A DNA stretch of 64,000 nucleotides from Mobula hypostoma (GCF_963921235.1 NC_086108.1:21514001-21578000); one strand, 5' to 3'; numbered from the stretch's first letter, positions 1 to 13,045 are shown. Numbers and translations are program-made. The notes: a model not told the origin generated them from the sequence alone.

Positions 1-1933
1 AGCATTTTTCACTTCTATTTCAGATTTTCAGCTTCAACATTTTTTAAAAAATTCTTTACTGTCAAAAAATCTCTTCAATGTTAACAATAAAATAGCCACA
101 CATGTCCCAAAAGTACAATTTCACAGAATGTCAAAATCACTCCTGAGTTGAGGGATTCCGACCACATCCTGCTCGGTTATGACCAGAATTATCACCTTCA
201 CGTAATGCTTGACAGAATCTGTACCATATTGCCAAGGAGAGTGGAGAAATAAAGAGGAATTTGCCTGTCTTTTGGGAGCTGGCTGATGGCATTGCCACAG
301 ATGTACCTTGGTGTTCCCATTCTGTCACCATGCAAAAAGATGAGACTTCTGCAGGTAAATTTTGCATTGTGCTTGTGCATAGATGCATATGATGGTAAAA
401 CTGACTTAGACCTTGATTTTGATATGCAAACAATTTGAAAGATGCCCATGTTTACAAAACTTACTCAAATATTTTACTGCACTGATGTACAATAGAGCCA
501 ACCATTTAGTTTTCACCATGTACCAAATGTGTCATCTCCAAAGATGAAGTCCCAATCAGATGTAGGTCTTGGAGAGCTGGTCCTTGTATTTGAATAATGG
601 ACAAAATTTTCTATTCCACATCCCTTTCTTGAATACATTTCTTTTAAAACCTTTTAACACACCCAAATCTAATTATGTCAAAAAGATGAACTTCAGGTCA
701 CCAAATAAAAATTCTCAACATAGAAGCTTGCAGGCCAAATATCTAAATAAAGTTGCCCAGATGATCTGGAATCAGGAATTAATTACAAATTCCAACAAAG
801 AGCTGTTCCTCATTACCAGACGCCTGAAAATCAATTTCAAACAATGAGGCTATTTCAGGGAGGAATCCAGTGTGCACAAAGAAGCACTGTGTTGCCAAAA
901 CCACTTAGCCAGATTTTAGTATTGCTGCATAAATAGTATGAAATACACAGTTGTTCACTAGTTTCCTCAGGCTATTTATTTCACATAAATAAAAAGTGAT
1001 GCCTGCTCACCATTACAATTGTTAACAACATGCGGCCCAATGCTGCTGTCTAGTCTGAAATCCTTCATTCTCACAAACAGAAGTTGTCATGCTGTACAAC
1101 GTGATCACAAATGCTTGCCATATGGACCATCATAAATCTGAGGCTTAATTTAAGCCTTGCCTTTCACCTTACCTTAGCGACCATAAGCCCAGGTGCTGAT
1201 ATTTTCAGCCAATACCAAACAATGTTCTCTTTGACCCTTTTAATACAATCCAACAATATGAAATAAAACACATCACGTTCAAGGAGGAAGGAGTAAGAAG
1301 GAAATACTTATATTAATTTCGCGCATTTAATGACTTCAGGAAAATATTTTACAGTCAACTAAATACTTTCCAATCAGAAAACTTCTGTTAAAAGTAACAG
1401 CTAATATGCATGGAGGAGTCTGACAAACCACATCTTTGTGATGTTTTGGGGGCTAAACATTGCACAGAATAACAATTAAACTCCTTGTTTTCTTTAAATA
1501 ATGCATAGTATTTTGTTGTCACACTAAGGATTCATGGATTACATCACAAACCTAAACAGATCACCATCTACTTTTCTAGTACTGCATTGTTTAAATTTAA
1601 ATTACATAATCAAGTTTCTGCAGACTGATAAAAATCAATTTTAATTTTCATATTCATTCACTATTTTACATGGATTTATGGCAAACTCCCACACAATGGC
1701 TTAACTAATTATCCACCTATCAATGAAGCACATAAAATAAGTCAACTGTAGAAAATGGAGGCCTTTCAGCTGATAGAAAACTTTGAAAGATCACTTCCTC
1801 ACACATATCTTTGTCACATATTCCAGTGAAGCACAAGTCTTTAATGCTAATGAATTGAATAATCTTAATGTAAAAATATGAATGTGTCCAAAGGAACATA
1901 TAAGCCAGTGCATTATACATCAAATAAAAACGT

Positions 1934-2359
1934 AAACAACAGGAATTCTGCAGATGCTGGAAATTCAAGCAACACACACCAAAGTTGCTGGTGAACGCAG
2001 CAGGCCAGGCAGCATCTCTAGGAAGAGGTGCAGTCGACGTTTCAGGCCGAGACCCTTCGTCAGGACTAACTGAAGGAAGAGTGAGTAAGGGATTTGAAAG
2101 CTGGAGGGGGAGGGGGAGATGCAAAATGATAGGAGAAGACAGGAGGGGGAGGGATAGAGCCAAGAGCTGGACAGGTGATAGGCAAAAGGGGATACGAGAG
2201 GATCATGGGACAGGAGGTCCGGGAAGAAAGACGGGGGGGGGACCCAGAGGATGGGCAAGAGGTATATTCAGAGGGACAGAGGGAGAAAAAGGAGAATGAG
2301 AGAAAGAATGTGTGCATAAAAATGAGTAACAGATGGGGTACGAGGGGGAGGTGGGGATA
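1934..2359 (-). mobile_element. Penelope-like element terminal (pseudo-LTR) fragment carrying a hammerhead ribozyme
   Basis: Near-identical to 11345-11750 and 43022-43445; the latter is the 3' end of the RT/GIY-YIG element at 37624. Probable TSD aaataaaaa(c/t)gt at 1922-1933 and 2360-2371. Confidence 0.85.
2032..2067 (-). ncRNA. Minimal type I hammerhead ribozyme motif
   Basis: Minus strand AGUC-CUGACGA-AGGGUCUCGGCCU-GAAAC-GUC-GACU: CUGANGA and GAAA core, stem I AGUC/GACU, GUC cleavage triplet. Confidence 0.8.
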
Positions 2360-3824
2360 AAATAAAAATGTTATTGCTTTTTAAAGTTCACATCCCTGAT
2401 AACAGAGATAGAGAAAACAGTTCTTAGAAACTAAACAGGAGACAACCAAAAGGTGAACTTCTGCGATCCAAGTCAAATATTAAAAGGCACAGACACAAGA
2501 CAGCAAGGACACCATTTTGTGCAAACCAAAACATTAGTACAAAAGGGTATTAGCTAAAATTGGAGAATGTTTCAAACTACTAAATAAACAACGTACAAAA
2601 TGATAGACATAATAAGCATTTAGAATGATTTGTATGTCAGGGATGACACAAAAAAAAGATTTCTTTGTCATGACCTGAAAGACACTGAGTGATGAAAATT
2701 ATTTCTCAGTCTTAAACGGATGAACAGGATTGGACAAGTTTACTCTCTCACCTGTATTGAGAATATTCAATAGCAAACCAGGTTTGCTTGCCCAACTGAT
2801 GAATCAAATATACAATTTCCAGGGCCGTAACATGATCTGAAACCTTTCCAATGCAACATATTTGCAATATATGTCAAGCTTATCAGCTAGCATTGCCAAT
2901 TTACATTACTTGAAAACTAGCAACAGCACTGATTTAGGAGATGTCTCTTTTCATCAACAGCTTTTACCCTCACTGCCTATTTACCACACTGTGAAGCATT
3001 AATTTTCCAGATCCTTGCTCAAACTCAAAATCCACCACTTCATGCTTAGAAAATAATCAACTTGAATTTATCAAACTCACTGACACAGATGTTAATACCG
3101 TGAACCAACATCTATCTGTCTTAACTGAGCTGATACGTTCACATAACAGAAAGGAAAAATAATAGGATTTTATTTACTGAGTTTTGTGTTGCTTAAGTTA
3201 ATGTTATTGTATTTATCATGGCTCCATTATATGAAATCTGAGACCATTGAATCTCCACTTCTCTTCAGAAGTCCAACTTCCCACTCCTGACACCAAACCT
3301 GTGGGAGTCCCTGAAGCTTTCAGTACTGCATCCAGTTGAAATGCTCAACAGAACATGTTTTTAAGTACCAACAACTGATTCTTACAATGTTCTAATAGTC
3401 TAATTTTAGTATCACCGTTGAGTTACCCATCTTTGGCTAATCGAATATCATCAACGAAATTCCAACAATGGCTTTTTTTCTGCTATTGCCCATAGGACCA
3501 ATTCATTCAGAAACAACAAATAATTTGGAAAAGATAACTATTATCATGGTTTTGTTTTACTACGGTTGTCAGAGCAACAAAGAGAAAGCATGTACTTATC
3601 TTCACAACAAAAACATAGACTTACCCTCCGAAATGATATCAGATAAAATGTATCTCCTTTCCTACGGATGGCTTCAAAGAAGCTTGGATAATGTCTGTCT
3701 GGCACATAATAAACTTGCAATTCATTCCCTGAGTTTCTGTGAAGGTGAGAAGTATGGGTTAAAATACGAGAAACATGAGGCAATACTGCTAAAAGTATGA
3801 TCTAAAAGGAAAAAAATATGTAAG

Positions 3825-5420
3825 ACCATAAGACACAGGAGAATTAGGCCATTCAGCACATCAATTCTGCTCCACCATTCCATCACGGCTAATTTATTAT
3901 CCCTCTCAATTCCATTCTCCTACCTTTGCCCCGTAACCCCCAACACCCTGACTAATCAAAAACCTATCAACTTCCACGTTAAATATACTTAATGACTTGG
4001 CCTTCACAGAATTTATTGTGGCAATAAATTCTATAAATCTGTCTAAGTCCCTCTGCAGACTCCCTGCCTATCCAGCTATCTTCCTGTCATCTGCAAATGT
4101 GGCCACAAAGCCATCAGTTCAGACATCTAAATCTTCGATATACACAACACCACTAGTCACCGGGAGCCAACCAGAAAGTCCCCCTTTATTCCCAGTACCA
4201 GACTCCTGCTAGTCAGCCAGTCTTCTATTTGTGCCAGTGTCTTTCCTATAATATCATAGGTCTTATCTTGTTAAGCAGCCTCATGTGCAGCATTTTATCA
4301 AGGCCCTTCTGAAAATCCAAATAAACAACATCCATTACCTGTCCTTTGTCTACCTTGCCTGTTATTTCCTCAAAGAATTCCAACAGATTTGTCAGGCAAG
4401 ATTTCCCCTTAAGGAAACCATGCTGACTTTGGCCTACTTTATCTTGTACTTCCAAATACCCGAACCTCTTCCTTCATAATCAATTCCAATATCTTCCCCA
4501 ACCACTGAACTCAGGCTAATTAGCCAAGAACTTCCTTTCTTATGTCTCTATCTCTTCTTAAAGAATGGATTGACATTTGCAATTTTCCAGTTCCCTGGAA
4601 CTATTCCGAGTCTAGTGACTCTTGAAAGATCACTGCTAATGCCTCCACAATCTCTTAAGCTACCTCTTCTAGAACCCTAAAGTGTAGTACATCTGGTCCT
4701 GGTAACTTAATTACCTTCAGACCTTTCAGCTTCCCAAGTACCTTCCCCTTAGTAATAGCAGCTAAACACATTTCTGCCCCGACACTCTCAAATTACTGGA
4801 ATACTGTCAGTGCCTTCCATAGTGATGACAGATGCAAAGTACTTATTAAGTTTGTCCACCATTTTTTGTCCCCCATTACTACCTCTCCAGCAGTCCAATA
4901 CCCACTCTCGCCTCTCCTTTACTCTTTACATATTGAAAACAACCTTTGGTATCCTCTTTTATATTATTAGCTCACTTACCTTCATATTTCATCATTTCTC
5001 TCATGGTTTTTTCAGTTGCCTTCTGTTGGTTTTCAAAAGCTTCCTAATCTAACTTCACACTAATTTTTGCTATATTATATGCCCCATCTTTGGCTTTTAT
5101 GCTGTCTTTGATTTCCTTCGTCAGCCACAGTTGCCTCATCCACCCTTTAGAATACTCATTTCGTCTTTGGGATACATCTTTCCTGCGTCATCCGAATTTT
5201 TCCCATTACTGTTCTGCCATTATCCCTGCTAGTGTCCCTTTGCAATAACTTTGGCCAGCTCTTCCCTCATGCCTCTGTAATTCCCTTGACTCCACTGTAA
5301 TAGTGATACATCTGACTTTATCTTCACCCTCTCAAATAGCATGGTGAATTCTATCATATTATGATCACTGCTTCGTAATGGTTCCTCTACCTTAAGCTCT
5401 GTAATCAAAACTAGTCATAA
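3825..5420 (-). mobile_element. Degenerate CR1 LINE fragments (ORF2 and 3' end)
   Basis: ORF 4246..4455 has SQHGFLKGKSCLTNLLEFFEE...VDVVYLDF-like motifs; 3' UTR-like sequence near 3825-4030; many stops and deletions. Confidence 0.85.
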
Positions 5421-6314
5421 AGAAGAAAACCAATTAATCAATCTCTGAACATTCGCAAAGTTCTAACTTGGAAATGAAAAATATTGGTTTAAGAAGGAAG
5501 ATGATTGACGATTGAGTGCTTTAACAAAATTTATTCCAAATAAATTGCTTCCACACATTTTAGATTTCTGAAGCATGATTTGTTCTGCCTGAACTGTTGT
5601 TTTTACATTGAGACAAACTTATGTCTTTGTAAAGAAGTGACATATAGGCATGATCATCAAGATATGGATGTCAGTCAAGATTTTTCCCTCATTTCCAATT
5701 GATGCCAACTATTGGTCAATATTTCCATATGCAAGCTATGTCATCAACATAATTAGCTGATGTCTTTCACTCAACACAAATATTAGAAAATGTGTAAAAT
5801 TTTCTGCAATCAGTTGATTTTCCAAACAGCAACATTGAATCGCAGCCAGTTCCAAGAGACATTTCCTTCTATAACCAGCATCTAAATTCCTCTTCAAGAG
5901 AACCAGATGCTGGTTCTGGAAGGAAGTATCTGAAATTTTTATCATTACTCCTGCCCAAGATAGCTTTAAGGTATTAATCACTGCACAGTGCAATGCTTTG
6001 GGATTCCAGCCTTAAACTAGCTGTATATTCTGCAAACCTGGACTGACACGACAGTTCACTCAGGAATGCAGCAGTTCAGGAAAGAAGCAACAGCTTATTG
6101 TGATTAGCTACTCATTATGGGAGTTATGCTTGGGTACAGCAGGCTCATGAAGATAAATAATACTTACTAGTCATCATATACAGAATGGTAAACATGGACG
6201 ACAAATGGGCTTCACCAATTAAAGATTATAAAATGCTCAATTACACAGTCTGAAGAGCAAAATACATGGCAAAGGACCCACAATCAATTTGTGCACATTC
6301 TGGTCAGTCTATAG

Positions 6315-6394
6315 CAGGAGTTCCCAACATGGGGTCCACGGACCCCACCGTTAAAGGTAAGGGTCCATGGCATAAAAAAGGTTGGGAACCCCTG
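6315..6394. mobile_element. 80-bp hAT-type MITE
   Basis: TIRs caggagttcccaac / gttgggaacccctg; perfect 8-bp TSD gtctatag at 6307-6314 and 6395-6402. Confidence 0.9.
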
Positions 6395-6632
6395 GTCTAT
6401 AGATTGACTGCAGCGCTCAAGTGGGCCTCTAAGATATTAAGGAGATAATCAACTGCTGAACACAATGCTGAGGAAAACCCCCTTCATCATGTCAAATGTT
6501 TGGATTTCTGAGGAAACTTTGGCTTTTCAGCTTCTAAGTGAGGAGATGCTGCAGTGCTGAACTTGCATTAATATTAAAGGATATAGTAGAGTTAACTGGA
6601 AAATCCCTTTTTTGTAAATTGTTGGTATGGTA

Positions 6633-7614
6633 CAGGGTGAGGGAACCTTATCCAAAATATTTGGGACCGGCAGTGTTTCAGATTTTAAAATACTTGCATC
6701 TATAGAATGGGACCCAAGTCTAAACACAAAATCCATTTACAAAACATATACAGCTTATGTACAGCTGGCTGGTATGAAGCCCACAGTGAACAGTCCACAA
6801 TTGGAGCAGTCTGACATCCTCCACAAACAGTCAGAGTTGAATGACTACCTCCAATCATGTCTATTACCATGTTTCAGTATAGTGATTGGCTTCATATCTG
6901 CCATCGATTTCAAACCACTGCCGTTCCATCACAGCTACAATGGGGGAGAGATAGTTTTATATAATACTTTTATTAATTTTGAACATGAAAGAATAATGTG
7001 TACATCGAACCATCAGAACCCCAGGTGGACAATCAGTGGCTGTTTGGCATCCCATTATTCCCGACTCTGAATTTATGTGCTACCGGTTAGCAGCCTTTGT
7101 CTTGAGCTTGTTCATCACACAAATGTATTGATGCAGCCGTTCAGTGCGTTAGATTTTCATCAGCAGCGATCCTGGCAAACTCAATGAATTTCTCTGCTGA
7201 TTTGTGATCAGCAGAGGCTTATCATCACAAATCTTTTAAAAAGTTAATGCCATGACCCTTCTTATATTTCTGCAACCAATCTGCTGAATATTCACAATTA
7301 CCTTCAATTTTCATTTCATCGTGATAGATATATTTGCTTGTTTCATACCAACAATACCATTAAGCAGCATATTCTTACTCCAATGCTGACGATACACCAT
7401 CAAGATAGCCATTTTTCACTTTATGCAGTGTTTTTCTATTTTTCATTAACATATGGGAAGTCACTTCTCAGAACTGTCTGTGGTGCACACAGTCTGGGAA
7501 CCTTCCCTGCACCATGCAGAATTTTCAAACTGTGATATCATGTCAGGGCTCAATAATTTTGAATTTCAGATTTTTTTCAGGTTTTGGAATTTCAGATAAG
7601 AGGTGCTCAACCTG
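6633..7614 (-). mobile_element. Non-autonomous Tigger/pogo DNA transposon
   Basis: TA-flanked TIRs cagggtgagggaaccttatcc / gataagaggtgctcaacctg; EYSADWLQKYKK transposase remnant on the minus strand near 7250-7295. Confidence 0.7.
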
Positions 7615-8035
7615 TACAAGGTAATAAAAAATCAAAGCAGGAAATTACTTTGTTTATTACAGTCGTCTATAGAGTCATGGATTTTCTGATTACACAGAGA
7701 AATTGAAATTAGATTAGATTAGATTCAACTTAATTGTCATTGTGCTGAGTACAGATACAAAGCCAATGAAATGCAATTAAGACACTGAGCCTCGTGATAC
7801 ACACGCGCCGCAGCCATTTTATCCTTAGCAAAGAAAAATGGTTCACTTACAATCCTGACAATCAGAAACTTAGTGTCTTTACCCAGCATTGGTGTACCGG
7901 TTCTTTATATACAAGTGTGTTTAAATGAGGGGAATGGTTTCCTTTGTTAAGTAGTTTTCTTTGTTTTTTTTATACAAGGTTAATCAAGCCATTCAGAGTG
8001 GACTGTAAAACAGTTATTTGTCATTGAGTACAATA

Positions 8036-8313
8036 AATAAAGGCATCTGTTAGTCTTTCGAGACCATGGACCAAGTCTTCACTCTCCAGGGTGCAGGCCT
8101 GGGCAGGTTGTACAGAAGACTGGCAGTTGCCCATGCTGCAAGTCTCCCCTCTCCACGACACCGATGTTGTCCAAGGGAAGGGCATTAGGACCCATAAAGC
8201 TTGGCACCAGTGTCGTCGCAGAGCACTGTGTGATTAAGTGCCTTGGCTGGGGCTCGAACTCACAACCTTCAGATCGCTAGTCGAACGCCTTAATCACTTG
8301 GCCACGTGCCCAC
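8036..8313 (-). mobile_element. tRNA-derived SINE
   Basis: Minus-strand head gggcacgtggccaagtgattaaggcg...gtgagttcgagcccc with Pol III A and B boxes; 14-bp TSD cattga(g/a)tacaata at 8022-8035 and 8314-8327. Confidence 0.85.
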
Positions 8314-10448
8314 CATTGAATACAATACCACTGTTTTAATTCCAGTGATAGATTTCTTTTCCTCCAGGTCATAGCTGGTGGAGCTTGTTATTATTTTGGC
8401 TTTATTTGAAAATACTCGCGTTAATGGTTAATTATCCACTAATGAGAACCAACTAGGAGTAGACAAGCTCAGATATAACTTCCTTGCTACACAAGGATAT
8501 CATAATGAATTGCGTCCGTTCAAGGACTTACACTGTTTCAGTTCCTTTCTTACTTGGTTTAATTTGCTTTTCAACCATTGCTAGACACAATGTTATACCT
8601 TTAATCTTAATTTTCACTCTTCTATCAAGGTGGTTAAGAGTTTATTATTAGTGAAAAAAATCTACAAATGCACTTAATATATTAATTTTTTTCTGTTAAT
8701 TACCTCCAGTAAGTTTTTTCTTATGATTCCGGCTGTATTTCTTTTTCTTCTATTTGGCTTCAGTTTTCTTTTGACATATATGGCAATTTTTGCAATGTCC
8801 TTTATTATTCTGACTAATTTCTCTCACCTTCTTCCCCCAACAGATTTAGTAACCCATCAGTGTTCACATCTGCATATCTTATAAACTCAATCCAATTATG
8901 AAATCACCCAGTTATGAACTCACTCTCAACATTTAGCTTGTATTGTTAAGGTATTTAATTCACCAATAGTACACATTTTCTAGAGTACTAGTTGTTAATT
9001 TTCCCAAGTCTTCATTTTTAAAATTGTCTTAAATGCTGTTATCTGAGATCATTGAACAATTGCTGTCATCGAGTGTGCAATAACTTAATTTTTGGAAGTA
9101 TTTACCTGATGTGGCAGTAACTCCTTTGTTGTGCAAGTGCCACTGCATTCACCATGTTTTGCCCTTTTGGCAATAATCAAAACCTTTCAACGTAAGTAAT
9201 TGTTATCAAAGTTGAGCAGGAAACTAATTCCCTACATTATCCCAACTTGAATGCTCAAATCACTAGTCCTCAAATGAACACTGAGGTGGTCCAGCAAATC
9301 AAATTTTGAGAAAGATAATTGAACAATAAATATGAACTGTGTCAACAACACCTACATCCCAAGAACTGGATTGAAACTCACTGAGAAAGACTAACTGTTC
9401 AATGTGGAACTTGCAGTATTAACACCCACGAGGTGACTCCTGCAATTATACTGGGTTTCCCAACTTTGATCAAATATTCTCCTTACCCAGTCTTGAGAAT
9501 GGAAATAGTTACTTAAAATACAGAAACAAGACAAGTTTCCCCTTTTGTTTTAAATTGTGTTTGCTTAAATGATTTTAAATTAGTCATTTTAAGCAATTTG
9601 TTTTGTCTTAATTTTTAGTGACTAAAATATCCATTTTAATTGTTTTCCTAACAAAATGATTCTGAACTCCCTCAACATTCTGAAGGATTCTGTACACTAA
9701 CAGCTAACACGGGTGGAACGAGCTTTGTCAACTCTTTTCTTCCATTTCATGAAGCTTATTCTAGCTGACTATAGACAGCAGTTACAAAGCAAGGCTCCGC
9801 CATCAGACAGACCAAGCCCCTTGAGATCCAGCTAGTTCAATTTCTGGATACTGATCAGGTAACAAATGAGCAACAAATGAGGCTGGCAAGTCACATTCAA
9901 CTTGCTCACAACCAATATCTTTAAACATGGGTCCATCACTTCCATGGAGACCATTACTTTCAAACTTTGCACAGACAAATTCCTCCAAGTCTTTCTACAT
10001 CAATGGGAATTTCTGGGCATTTTCCCTCCTTTTCTGAAAAATTTTCCACAGACGTTATGCTTCCTATTTGTCTGGATCAGTTAAGCACTTCCCTTCATAA
10101 TCTTGAAAAAACTGAATTACATCACCTCAGTCTCATTTTCCTTCCAAGAATATAAATTGTATATCTGGAATCTTGCTCTTTCCTTGCTTCTGCATTCTGT
10201 TAGATTGAAAAGCTCACAAAACTCTCCTCATTTTCAAATGATGCTTGAGAAGCTCAGGCTCTACAGTGACTTTGTTATTTTGTGCTACCAGTTTGAGAGA
10301 GCTTATTCAGATTCCGCCCTATCAAAAAAAAACAAATGTCTCATTGTAAGCATTAAAATCAAGTATATTTGCATATTCACAATTGAGCTGGAGATCTAAA
10401 TAAAAACATGATGGGTCATGAGTCACCACTGAGCTTGAAGTTGGGAAT

Positions 10449-11281
10449 AGAGGTTGAGAGTCCTTTATCCAAAATTCCAAAATCAGAAAACCTCTGAAAT
10501 CCATTTTTTTGAGCACTGACATGACAACACAAATGAAAAATTCCACAAGGCACTAGCAAGGATCTGACGTGATTCACAGGTCTCTGAACACCACAGACAG
10601 TTCTGAGAAATGACTTCCCATATATAATGAATAGAAGTGAATGAAAAATAGAAAAACATTACATAAAGTGCTAAATGAAGATCTCAATCATGTATTGTCA
10701 GCTTTGGAGTAAACATATGCCACTTAACGGTACGCTGACCATGAAATAAACAAAGATCTATCACGATGAACTGAAAAATTGAACGTGACTGTGAATATTC
10801 AGCAGGCTGGTTGCAGCAATTTAAGAAAAAGCACAGCATTAAAATTTTAAAGCATCTGCTGATCATGAAAATCTAACACTAGAACAAATATACGACGCTG
10901 ATTGCTTTTATATCCTACATAAAACTTTTAAAGTAAAATACAAATAGCGTAGTGTAATCTTTTAATCAAAACATGGCATTGTAGGTGTAGACTGAAAGCC
11001 TGATATTATTTGTTGTTGTTCAACAACTGATTCAGGTATTCTACTTACACTGCAGTCATTATATTTTCATTACACTAATGGTATGTAATAATATTTATTG
11101 TTAAGTACGTATATGTGATGAACAATTATAAGACAAAAACTGCTTACCATAGCACATAAACTCTGAGTTGGAAATGATGGCAATCTCAGCTATCTTATTA
11201 TATATTCTAAAATCTGAAAAAAATCCAAAACCCAAAACACTTCTGACCCTAATCATTTCAGATAAGGGGTACTTAACCTAT
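10449..11281 (+). mobile_element. Non-autonomous Tigger/pogo element related to 6633-7614, opposite orientation
   Basis: TIR-like ends aggttgagagtcctttatcc / gataaggggtacttaacct; EYSAGWLQQFKKKHSIKIL CENP-B-type HTH remnant near 10790-10850. Confidence 0.7.
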
Positions 11282-11344
11282 ACTTAAAACTTAAATTTCT
11301 TCGACATCTTAAAAAAATTTTGAACAATGCATCATCAACCATCT

Positions 11345-11750
11345 GTTATTTATTTTTTGACACATATTCTTTCTCTCACTCTCCTTTTTCTCCCTCTGTC
11401 CCTCTGACTATACCCCTTGCCCATCCTCTGGGTTCCCCCCCCCGCCCTTGTCTTTCTTCCCAGACCTCCTGTCCCATGATCCTCTCGTATCCCCTTTGCC
11501 AATCACCTGTCCAGCTCTTGGCTCCATCCCTCCCACTCCTGTCTTCTCCTATCATTTTGGATCTCCCCCCTCCCCCTCCCACTTTCAAATCTCTTACTAA
11601 CTCTTCCTTCAGTTAGTCCTGACGAAGGGTCTCGGCCTGAAATGTCGACTGTTCCTCTTCCTAGAGATGCTGCCTGGCCTGCTGCGTTCACCAGCAACTT
11701 TGATGTGTGTTGCTTGAATTTCCAGCGTCTGCAGAATTCCTGTTGTTTAC
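11345..11750 (+). mobile_element. Penelope-like pseudo-LTR fragment
   Basis: Reverse complement of the 1934-2359 family sequence. Confidence 0.85.
11615..11650 (+). ncRNA. Minimal hammerhead ribozyme motif (variant GAAAU)
   Basis: agtc-ctgacga-agggtctcggcct-gaaa-tgtc-gact; C>T change in the stem III palindrome. Confidence 0.65.
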
Positions 11751-11869
11751 AAAATTAAAACTTGCTGAATGTAATCTGTCCCATAATTTCAAGTTTCTTT
11801 ACAGACAAAGAGCTTATAATGATCAAAACTAGTTCTTTATATCGCTTGCAGTATAGTGTCAAAATGGTT

Positions 11870-12475
11870 CCTGTGATGCGACTAGCGTGGTAGTATAGTG
11901 GATAGTCCTGGTAACTCTCACTTTCAGCTTCCACTGTTGGCTAACAGTCTTGCCAAAAGGAGAGCTAAAAGTGCAAGTCTCTCCTTGCCAGTACATAGCC
12001 TCTCCAACAGTAAGCCTCATGTAGTGTCTCCACACTAGCAACACGTGGAAAATGAACTACTTTCAGACTCAGGCTGAACTACAGAGGATGGGTCTGGCTC
12101 TGCACACGTAGCACGCAGGCCCACCAATGTGTGTACACGCCCTGGTGCTTGTGAACCAGATCCTCAGCTGTGAGTACATAGCTCCACTGCCTTGTCTGCA
12201 GCTTCATGAGAGACAAAGGCTATGGGAGTAAACCCAGACAGCAAATCCGGAGTGGAACCCCTAAAGCAGCTGGACGTCTCTGAACATCCTTCCGGCAGCT
12301 CCTGCAGCCAACCTGGTGCTGAATGTATTGTTTCATAAGCCTTTCTTTGGACCACACTGGTGAGGCCGAGAAGGGGATCTTGACGACTGGGCATCTGAGG
12401 ATCTCCATACCTTCCACCTAGGTTTGTGATGATCATCATCACCCATTGTCCTTCAAGACAGACAGATGCCAACCA
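11870..12475 (+). mobile_element. Non-autonomous retroelement/SINE sharing its body and 3' end with the SINE at 8036-8313
   Basis: Colinear similarity to the SINE body and the same terminal (ac)agatgcc motif. Family not resolved. Confidence 0.45.
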
Positions 12476-12578
12476 TATTGCTGGAAAGGCAGCAAGTGTG
12501 TCTGTCTTGAAAAGAACAGGTGATGAAGCAGTCTTTGCTGCAGTAACACATAATCTCATCAACCCTTTGATATCATAC

Positions 12579-12647
12579 CTTCCCAACTGGGATAATATGA
12601 ATTAGGATAAACATAAGAGCAACATCAACTATCTTCTCTAATACCAT
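12579..12647 (-). CDS. Possible exon D: reads K-W-Y-stop if spliced to exon C, or MVLEKIVDVALMFILIHIIPVGK in phase 0
   Basis: Acceptor ttattctttcaaatcag, donor AAG|gtatga, 69 nt. Reading frame is ambiguous. Confidence 0.4.
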
Positions 12648-12810
12648 CTGATTTGAAAGAATAATAAGTCTGCTTTCTGTACAAATACAAGGTTGAATTT
12701 GCACAATCTCTTTGTGAGCAGACAGCAATGGCTGTTTCCTTGACCTTACCCAAGTTGTGCTGACCAACAAATTGGGATTCTCTCTTACTTGATGCACCAT
12801 GTTTACTTTA

Positions 12811-13045
12811 AACACAAAATACTCTGCAGATGCTGGGGTCAAAGCAACACTCACAAACGCTGGATGAACTCAGCAGGTCGGGCAGCATATGTGGAAACGA
12901 CGAGTCGACGTTTCCGGCCGGAACCCTTCGTCAGGACTGTAGAGGGAAGGGGCAGAGGCCCTATAAAGAAGGTGGGGGGAGGGTGGGAAGGAGAAGGCCT
13001 GGCCTTTCGGGTTCCGGCCCGAAACGTCGACTCATTGTTTCCACG
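12811..13045 (-). mobile_element. Penelope-like terminal fragment with a short inverted copy of its end
   Basis: Hammerhead motif on the minus strand at 12903-12938; inverted partial copy gggttccggcccgaaacgtcgactc at about 13009-13033. Confidence 0.8.
12903..12938 (-). ncRNA. Minimal hammerhead ribozyme motif
   Basis: Minus strand AGUC-CUGACGA-AGGGUUCCGGCCG-GAAAC-GUC-GACU. Confidence 0.7.

Noticed and set aside
1720..2360. Overlapping 60-150 aa ORFs (also at 11320-11697, 12789-13097, 42846-43522, 47134-47419)
   Set aside because: Incidental frames across non-coding Penelope pseudo-LTR sequence.
8245..8313. tRNA gene
   Set aside because: The tRNA-like head runs into a SINE body flanked by a TSD; no complete acceptor stem or terminator seen.
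9720..10320. Coding-looking stretch on the minus strand (ORF 9803..9988)
   Set aside because: Stops in flanking frames, no convincing splice sites or recognisable motif; possibly a decayed element.
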